Positions 58,268 through 64,000 of a stretch of 64,000 bases of DNA are shown in pieces (the stretch's first letter is position 1; each line of letters starts with the position of its first letter). Made by a program: the position numbers and the translations under genes. This DNA comes from Bdellovibrio sp. (lineage in GTDB: Bacteria > Bdellovibrionota > Bdellovibrionia > Bdellovibrionales > Bdellovibrionaceae): the NCBI GenBank assembly GCA_036677065.1, contig JAKFBS010000002.1, positions 320,001 to 384,000 on the forward strand, written 5' to 3'. A model generated the notes under the pieces. That model was not told where the DNA came from. It ran no database searches and saw only the letters and a program-made list of their open reading frames with translations.

Positions 58268-59140
58268 TTACGCAGGAGTAAACCGCTCCACGTACTGACA
58301 TTTCTGACAAAGCTCTTCCAAAAGCTCCCCGCGTTCAAAGCCTGTTTTAATCTTCTGAGCACGTTCTGTCTTCATGATATCTTTCAAAGATGAACCATCG
58401 GCCACAGAACCTAGCTTTAACAAAGCCTCTTTATCCAAACAACACGGCACCACGTCGCCATTAGCATGAATAGCTAACTGTTTTCTCATTCCGTAACAAG
58501 TACCCTTAGTCGATAGCACTTCACGCTTCAATGTTGGCCATTCGAATTCGGTATCAAAGTGAAGGTATAACTTATCTTTCACTTTTTTAGATTTCTGCAC
58601 GCGCACATCGACATTTTCGTTTAAGCTCACACCGAAACGTTTCTCGACCAAATCATACACTTGCAGGTTTTGATCTAACTGTGCGTTTACAGAAGCTAAA
58701 TTCCAAAGACGCAGATTAATATAGAAGGAATTTTTCTTTTCTAAAGACTGTTCGCAAAAATCTAAGATCGGAGTCAAGTACTGCTCTAAAGTCTGGCGCG
58801 AAGTGTTTGCAAAATACGAATGCACAGAAAAATTAATTTGCTCTAAATGCTTCCAGTTTAAAATTGTATCGATATGACGTTTGATCAAAGTGCCATTCGT
58901 CGTTAAGAAAATTTTTAGTTCTAGTTCGTCACAAACTTTAACAATTTCGGCGAACTGCGCGTGCCCCAATGGTTCACCCATTAAATGCAGGCAAACTTGT
59001 TTCGCCAAAGGCTTTGCCTGGATAGCGTAGTTACGAAAGTTCTCGACAGAAATCACTTTCTTTTCGCGCACAACCTCAGGGCAAAAACTGCACTGTAAAT
59101 TACAAATATTACTGATTTCTATATAGATACGCTCGAACAT
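58268..59140 (-). CDS. Radical SAM protein with SPASM/twitch domain
   Basis: CNLQCSFC, GEP, TNG; C..G.V.PCC...CQKC. Confidence 0.88.
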   Translation of the reverse strand: MFERIYIEISNICNLQCSFCPEVVREKKVISVENFRNYAIQAKPLAKQVCLHLMGEPLGHAQFAEIVKVCDELELKIFLTTNGTLIKRHIDTILNWKHLEQINFSVHSYFANTSRQTLEQYLTPILDFCEQSLEKKNSFYINLRLWNLASVNAQLDQNLQVYDLVEKRFGVSLNENVDVRVQKSKKVKDKLYLHFDTEFEWPTLKREVLSTKGTCYGMRKQLAIHANGDVVPCCLDKEALLKLGSVADGSSLKDIMKTERAQKIKTGFERGELLEELCQKCQYVERFTPA

Positions 59141-59255
59141 GAGGCCCAGAAATTAGTCTAAGTTACAGCCCATGATCAATCTATTTATCCGTGACTAACA
59201 AATAAACAGAGTCGTTTAAGCCATATCGGATATAGAGTAACTTGGCTATGAAACC

Positions 59256-59272
59256 TTGGCCCTAAGCCTGCA
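59256..59272 (+). promoter_or_regulatory. Sigma54-like promoter
   Basis: TTGGCCCTAAGCCTGCA, GG-N10-GC. Confidence 0.55.
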
Positions 59273-59295
59273 ATTAAATCCGGTAGAGGTAACAA

Positions 59296-60450
59296 ATGCT
59301 TAAGCGTATCACAATGAGACAATGCCTTTTAATTTTAGCGATCTTTCTAACTGCTGGCTTAAATGCGTTTGCGGGCGGCCCAGAAGTGCAAATTTCTGAG
59401 CAACTTGATATTAATCCAAACGACTATGTTGTTGAAAGCCCGACCGAAGTTAATTCTAAAATCAAAGCTACTGCGCACAAAGATAAAAATAATTATTCTA
59501 TAAAAATAGATTTACCAAATTCATCTTTTGTTATCGCGCATCCAACAGCAGAACAAATGGAATTTTACCGTGATTTATCTGACGCCGATAAAGTTAAATT
59601 TCATGAAAAAAGAATGATCGGGTTAAACACTTTAGCCAAAGCATTAACATCGATTAAAAAAGGCTTAGGTATCGGTTCTTACGTTAAAGACAAGGTGATG
59701 TTCTGGAAACACAAACAAGGTCAAGTCAGCATGATTGAACGCGGTGACCATGTTGTTGAAGGCATTCTGCGTTCGTTTGATGCTAAAGCTTGGGAATCAG
59801 CACCGATCTTTGCTGACTTAAAAGAAATTGGTTTTACCGGCACTGGTCAAATCGTTGCAGCACTTGGAACTAACAAGCGCATTGATATTCACAAAGAAAT
59901 CGCCCATAAAAAAATCGATGTGGTTGTCCCAGAAGTTAAATCTGGCGGGGCGATCGGCATCGGATTTACTATCGGGGTCAATTTCGAACAAAGATCAGTT
60001 GTATTTCAATTATTCAATGCCAACGAACAACTTAAAGAAGTTTATTTACCGCTATTTTACTTGGCCGGTAATTTAAAAGCCGGAATGTATCTTTCAAGCT
60101 CTACGCAAAAACTTTATAGCTCGCAAAAAGGCGAAGGCTTCTACCCGTTTGCAGCCCCGGGTTATTCAGAATCTGCCCCGGGTAAAAAATCATTCGGCGG
60201 AACCATGGCTTTCGGCATCCCGACTTCACCGATCGATGCAGGCCTTACTTTTAAAACAAATATGCAGGAACAAAGCTATTTAAGAATTCGCATCTCGCCA
60301 TTTACTTGGAAGTTTATCGGGGTAAGTGTCAAAAACCCCATGGGAATTATTAAAATCGCCGTTAAAAATATTCCCGCTCTGTTTCTTGAATTTAAAAAGA
60401 TTTATCAACAGTTCTACTATGCAAGATCATGCAAAGGTTTATATATCTAG
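59296..60450 (+). CDS. Secreted hypothetical protein
   Basis: Signal peptide ending AFA, Gly-rich hydrophobic strands, C-terminal SC..LY. Confidence 0.75.
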   Translation: MLKRITMRQCLLILAIFLTAGLNAFAGGPEVQISEQLDINPNDYVVESPTEVNSKIKATAHKDKNNYSIKIDLPNSSFVIAHPTAEQMEFYRDLSDADKVKFHEKRMIGLNTLAKALTSIKKGLGIGSYVKDKVMFWKHKQGQVSMIERGDHVVEGILRSFDAKAWESAPIFADLKEIGFTGTGQIVAALGTNKRIDIHKEIAHKKIDVVVPEVKSGGAIGIGFTIGVNFEQRSVVFQLFNANEQLKEVYLPLFYLAGNLKAGMYLSSSTQKLYSSQKGEGFYPFAAPGYSESAPGKKSFGGTMAFGIPTSPIDAGLTFKTNMQEQSYLRIRISPFTWKFIGVSVKNPMGIIKIAVKNIPALFLEFKKIYQQFYYARSCKGLYI

Positions 60451-61226
60451 CCTTTTGTAAGCGGAAAAAACGAGACCATAAGTTCATACACGTGGTCTTT
60501 GTTTTGGCTTTTCTTTTCTAAATCATCAGCAAGTGTGCGGGTAAACTGCGTGATTTTTTTCTTGGCTTCATCCACCAATGCAGAATCAATCGCCACTGTT
60601 AAGGTCATATTGGCTCTTTGTGAATTTGGAATATCATGCATGGCTTGCATAGCTTTCGCACCAAACTGAGTAATCGATTGTCTTAAAGCTGTGATATAAG
60701 AGGCATGGTCATCAGAAATAATTCTTAATCCCGGGGTTCCATTACCTGATTTTACTAATTGACCACCTTCAGTTTTATTTAAAAAACCAAGAGTTATTAA
60801 TCGCTCAACAGCTAATTTTGCTTCGTCGACACTGATTCCAAGTTTGGTGCCGATCCATGTAGCCTCTGGCTGAAAATCTGCAAGCAAAGTTAATTCGACG
60901 ATGGTGATGTTATACCAATTTTGAATTAACTTAAATTCTTCGTGATGAACTTTTACATCCTGCATGCTCTCAAAATGTTTTATGCCATCAGAGCTTTTTA
61001 CATATTCGCGGTAAGAAATTAATTCAGGCTCAACAAGCCCAACAGAAGGCGCTAAGCGATCTAACATTTTTAAAGTGATCGGAACTTTTTTGCGAAGAAT
61101 TTTAGACAACAGAGATGGTTCGATATTAAGATCACGGGCAAAAGCCCGTAAAGAGTAACTTGAATTTGTGGATTGTCGTCTTAATAACTCGCTATTCAGA
61201 AATGTCGAAAAATTAGCATCATGCAT
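60447..61226 (-). CDS. TIGR02147/DUF4423 family HTH protein
   Basis: RQSTNSSYSLRAFARDL, W....I.EL, L..LG.L, TVAID, VYEL..SFFPLT. Confidence 0.82.
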   Translation of the reverse strand: MHDANFSTFLNSELLRRQSTNSSYSLRAFARDLNIEPSLLSKILRKKVPITLKMLDRLAPSVGLVEPELISYREYVKSSDGIKHFESMQDVKVHHEEFKLIQNWYNITIVELTLLADFQPEATWIGTKLGISVDEAKLAVERLITLGFLNKTEGGQLVKSGNGTPGLRIISDDHASYITALRQSITQFGAKAMQAMHDIPNSQRANMTLTVAIDSALVDEAKKKITQFTRTLADDLEKKSQNKDHVYELMVSFFPLTKG

Positions 61227-61382
61227 AAAACAACTATATTAAATTAGATTTTATTCAAACAAGCTAATTCTTGTGTCGAAATCAAAAAACACACGCTTTT
61301 AAGACCATTTAGTGTTCCAAAATCCTTTTCCCGCTTTTCAGCGTTGGAACATTAACCGCAGTAACCGAAAGCACCTGTTAAC

Positions 61383-62318
61383 CTAAACCTTCTTCAGATA
61401 ACTCGCATTACTCTTCACTGGTCGTGACTTTAAATACTGCCCAGTAGTCGCCAGCGACGCATGCCCAAGAGTAGTTTGTACGACATGAATATCAGCCCCG
61501 TTTTCTAGAGCATGGATTGCCGAAGTATGCCTGAACCAATGGGGTGATGGGGTTTTTCCACCCGGCACCTTGATGCCTCCGAGCAAAGTCGCTTTTTTCA
61601 CGATTTTAAAGATTGTAATTCGCGACAGCGGAGCCCCTTCATAATTAAAGATGTAAGCATTGGGCTCTAATTGAGCTTTTTTAATGTACTTCTTAATCTC
61701 TTTCCATAAGAACGTACCCGTTAAAACTGTGCGTATCTTACTCCCCTTACCAATCACAGTTAGATAAGCACCTTGTGTATTACGCTTTTGCGTTGAAACT
61801 GAGAAGTCTTTAACCTTAATCGTCGATAGTTCACTTACACGCAGGCCAGTGAAATACAAAATCTGCAGAATTAGCCGGTCGCGGGGGTTTTGAACTTTCT
61901 GAGTCATACGTTTAATCTGCTCGATTGATAGAACTTTATAATGAAAGCTTTCAGTGACTTTTTCTTGTCTGACGACTTTAACTGGACTGCGCGGAATGTA
62001 TCCGACGTTTTCCAAGTACTGAAATAACGAAGATAAACAATTGCGATGCAAATTACGTGTCGAAGCCGAAACCTTATCTTTCTTGCGTAGATATAACGTC
62101 ACTAAAGCCGGCGTGATCTGCTTTAAACCTAAATGCCAGTTGAAGGTTAGGAAATCACGAATAATACGAACGTAGGTCTTTTTCGTACGTTCTGAGAAAT
62201 GACCTTGATTCAACCACGCCCAAATCTGAATTGATTCTTCAGACTGCAGGTAAGTCGACAGCTGTGACTTGTCCGAGAAAAAATTATTATCATTTAAAAC
62301 GACTAAGCCCTGCTTCAT
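61383..62318 (-). CDS. Tyrosine recombinase (Xer-like)
   Basis: Full catalytic set: TGLRVSEL (R), GKGSK (K), HWFRH, LGH, QY. Confidence 0.92.
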   Translation of the reverse strand: MKQGLVVLNDNNFFSDKSQLSTYLQSEESIQIWAWLNQGHFSERTKKTYVRIIRDFLTFNWHLGLKQITPALVTLYLRKKDKVSASTRNLHRNCLSSLFQYLENVGYIPRSPVKVVRQEKVTESFHYKVLSIEQIKRMTQKVQNPRDRLILQILYFTGLRVSELSTIKVKDFSVSTQKRNTQGAYLTVIGKGSKIRTVLTGTFLWKEIKKYIKKAQLEPNAYIFNYEGAPLSRITIFKIVKKATLLGGIKVPGGKTPSPHWFRHTSAIHALENGADIHVVQTTLGHASLATTGQYLKSRPVKSNASYLKKV

Positions 62319-62605
62319 TGAAAATCCATTTCTAACGCTAAAATTTGGTAATTAACTTCGGGTTTAACGCGGTTACGCCCGTCTGATTTGGTCTTCTTCA
62401 AGGTAACCAAACCCTTTTGCGCAAGAAAGCCGACCTCTTTTTGGATGTAAGGCTGCGACTTTTTCAGGGTGTTTGCGAGCTCATAAACCGACTCTGGCTT
62501 TAAGCTTTTAATTTGCCAAAGTAGCTCTAGGCGCTGCTTTGAAAGCCCTGCGAACAAATCGATGAAATCCTGCATTTTCTTGACCTTAATCAACATTTTT
62601 TTCAT
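62315..62605 (-). CDS. Winged-HTH protein (HVO_A0114/antitoxin-like)
   Basis: RLELL..I....PESVYELA..L......KEV..L...GLV; ATGA overlap with recombinase. Confidence 0.7.
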   Translation of the reverse strand: MKKMLIKVKKMQDFIDLFAGLSKQRLELLWQIKSLKPESVYELANTLKKSQPYIQKEVGFLAQKGLVTLKKTKSDGRNRVKPEVNYQILALEMDFQ

Positions 62606-62642
62606 ATACTTAATTTTGTCATATATTACTTAAAAAGCAATA

Positions 62643-62670
62643 GGTTAACAAAACTAAACTTATGTTAATC
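62643..62670. other. Tyrosine-recombinase core site (dif-like 11-6-11)
   Basis: GGTTAACAAAA-CTAAAC-TTATGTTAATC; arms 9/11 inverted-complementary. Confidence 0.7.
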
Positions 62671-62735
62671 TCTAATTTTTTGAATTTGGTTTTTAAGGCT
62701 TGATTTTAAAGTGGAAGTTTTGGAAGATTAGACCC

Positions 62736-63215
62736 ATGAGAAATAACATCACTGACTTTACTTATCCGATCATCTTCAAGCACATTCATGGTTTTTTAAC
62801 GGTTTCAGTTCCAGACTTGGGAATCGATGCCAAGGTTGCTGTTCCGAATGATTTTTTCCAGACGAAAAAACTAGAGGAAAACAAAGAGATTATTTGGCAG
62901 ATTTTTTCACAAGTTATGAAAGACTCGGTGTCACATCTTGAAACTAAAAAGTGGATACCTAACGCATCGCAAATCAAAACCCAGCTTAAAACCGCAGAAA
63001 AAGACTACAGCCTTCCCGAGTTTTGCCGTGCCGTTCAAAAACATATAACAGTCAGCGAAAACACTTTGCGCCGAGAGATCTCAAAAGGAAAGATTATTTG
63101 CTATACTACTGAAGGCGGACACAGAAGAATTCCAGAATCAGAACTGCAACGCTATATTAAAAGTTCGCTAAAAACTGTGGGCTCAAATCCCCCGGAACAG
63201 GACGGTAACTTATGA
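62736..63215 (+). CDS. HicB-like N-terminal domain fused to excisionase/MerR-type HTH
   Basis: YPIIF....GFLTVSVPDLG; VSENTLRR...G.I....TEGGHRRIPESEL. Confidence 0.65.
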   Translation: MRNNITDFTYPIIFKHIHGFLTVSVPDLGIDAKVAVPNDFFQTKKLEENKEIIWQIFSQVMKDSVSHLETKKWIPNASQIKTQLKTAEKDYSLPEFCRAVQKHITVSENTLRREISKGKIICYTTEGGHRRIPESELQRYIKSSLKTVGSNPPEQDGNL

Positions 63216-63760
63216 AAAATATCCTTATAACATTTTTATCCATTCAATTGATCGGCATGGCAGCTTTGGCAGAAACCGCTTACTTAGGTGGCGGCTGTTT
63301 CTGGGGCGTTCAGGATTTACTGCGCAAGCAGCCTGGGGTTACAGCCACAGAAGTTGGCTACATGGGTGGCGAAGAAGCAAAAGCCAACTATGAATTAGTT
63401 AAAACCGGAAAAACTGAATTCGCCGAAACGGTGAAGATCGATTTTGATCCGAAGAAAACATCTTATGAAAAGCTACTTTTATATTTCTTTAAGATTCATG
63501 ATCCGACAACAATGAACCAGCAAGGCAATGATAAAGGCCGCCAATATCGAAGCGTGATTTTCTATACGACCGACAAACAACGAACAACCGCTCAGGATAT
63601 GATTGCGAAAATTAATAAATCCAAAGCGTGGAAAAAACCGATTGTTACCGAAGTTGTACCAAGCTCGCGCTGGATTAAAGCTGAAGATTATCATCAGGAT
63701 TATTTAGTGAAAAATCCGGCAGGATATACCTGCCATTTTGAAAGAAAAATTGAGTTTTAA
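63212..63760 (+). CDS. msrA: Peptide methionine sulfoxide reductase A, exported
   Basis: GGCFWG, HDPT, QGND.G.QYRS, AEDYHQDY; signal peptide. Confidence 0.95.
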   Translation: MKNILITFLSIQLIGMAALAETAYLGGGCFWGVQDLLRKQPGVTATEVGYMGGEEAKANYELVKTGKTEFAETVKIDFDPKKTSYEKLLLYFFKIHDPTTMNQQGNDKGRQYRSVIFYTTDKQRTTAQDMIAKINKSKAWKKPIVTEVVPSSRWIKAEDYHQDYLVKNPAGYTCHFERKIEF

Positions 63761-63776
63761 GATTCAAGAAATAAAA

Positions 63777-63797
63777 AAGCGAGCTTGCGACTCGCTT
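63777..63797. terminator. Intrinsic terminator, likely bidirectional
   Basis: AAGCGAG-cttgcga-CTCGCTT flanked by A and T runs. Confidence 0.7.
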
Positions 63798-63830
63798 CGT
63801 TTTGTTTTGTTTTTATTATTTAATTAAAAA

Positions 63831-64000
63831 TTAATTTGCATCAGCTCTAGGAAAAAAATCACTCCTGAATGATGAATTCGACATATCATATGTACCGTTT
63901 AAAGGTTCATCCATAATCAAATCGTCGATATCTCTAACATTATTACAGTCTTCTCCAGGAATACCAGGACAAAAAGCCGGCGCCGTACGATCCTCATCCG
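63831..64000 (-). CDS. C-terminal end of a gene running off the window
   Basis: 55 open codons (...APAFCPGIPGEDCNNVRD...FFPRADAN*) ending before the terminator. Confidence 0.5.
   Translation of the reverse strand, partial: DEDRTAPAFCPGIPGEDCNNVRDIDDLIMDEPLNGTYDMSNSSFRSDFFPRADAN

Noticed and set aside
58268..59140. RiPP maturase cluster around the radical SAM/SPASM gene
   Set aside because: No precursor peptide, RRE domain or transporter nearby
61383..62318. Integron integrase
   Set aside because: At 311 aa it shows no IntI-specific insertion before the HxxR box, and no attC cassette array was recognised
7494..63694. Numerous 60-120 aa antisense or alternate-frame ORFs (e.g. 8485..8781, 13720..14073, 22683..23009, 38179..38490, 50371..50643)
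   Set aside because: They lie within well-supported genes and have no motifs or SD; treated as shadow ORFs
1..64000. CRISPR array, tRNA or rRNA genes
   Set aside because: No regularly spaced repeats, cloverleaf or rRNA-like sequence recognised by eye; a covariance scan was not possible

Overview
AT-rich chromosomal segment whose gene content (DUF4423/TIGR02147-type regulator, GYF-PilZ protein, many orphan secreted proteins, acidic ScpA/ScpB) suggests a predatory Bdellovibrionota bacterium. This taxonomic call is inferred. Housekeeping blocks: peptidoglycan recycling (ldcA, serine hydrolase, mpl) with mutS; sufE; yebC; scpAB; class I RNR nrdAB with an NrdR box; yceD-rpmF-fabHDG-acpP-fabF-rpiB-glyA (no plsX); leucine dehydrogenase-yfgM-bamB; msrA. 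A convincing dif site at 52892-52919 suggests the replication terminus. Main candidates for undescribed systems: (1) an operon of a PilZ-fused PhcB-like methyltransferase, a multi-TM receptor adenylate cyclase and an M14 hydrolase, resembling quorum sensing rewired to cyclic nucleotides; (2) a sigma54-type operon for a secreted ADP-ribosyltransferase-like protein and a secreted Fic enzyme beside dif; (3) a tyrosine recombinase with its own 11-6-11 site, flanked by two orphan antitoxin-like regulators; (4) an SdpAB-like (DUF5819 + HTTM) pair coupled to scpB; (5) a duplicated Cys/Ca-binding extracellular domain; (6) a recurrent GTCTCA-N3-TGAGAC palindrome near sigma54/sigma28-type promoters. No tRNA, rRNA or CRISPR array was recognised. 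All calls come from reading motifs by eye; no searches were run.
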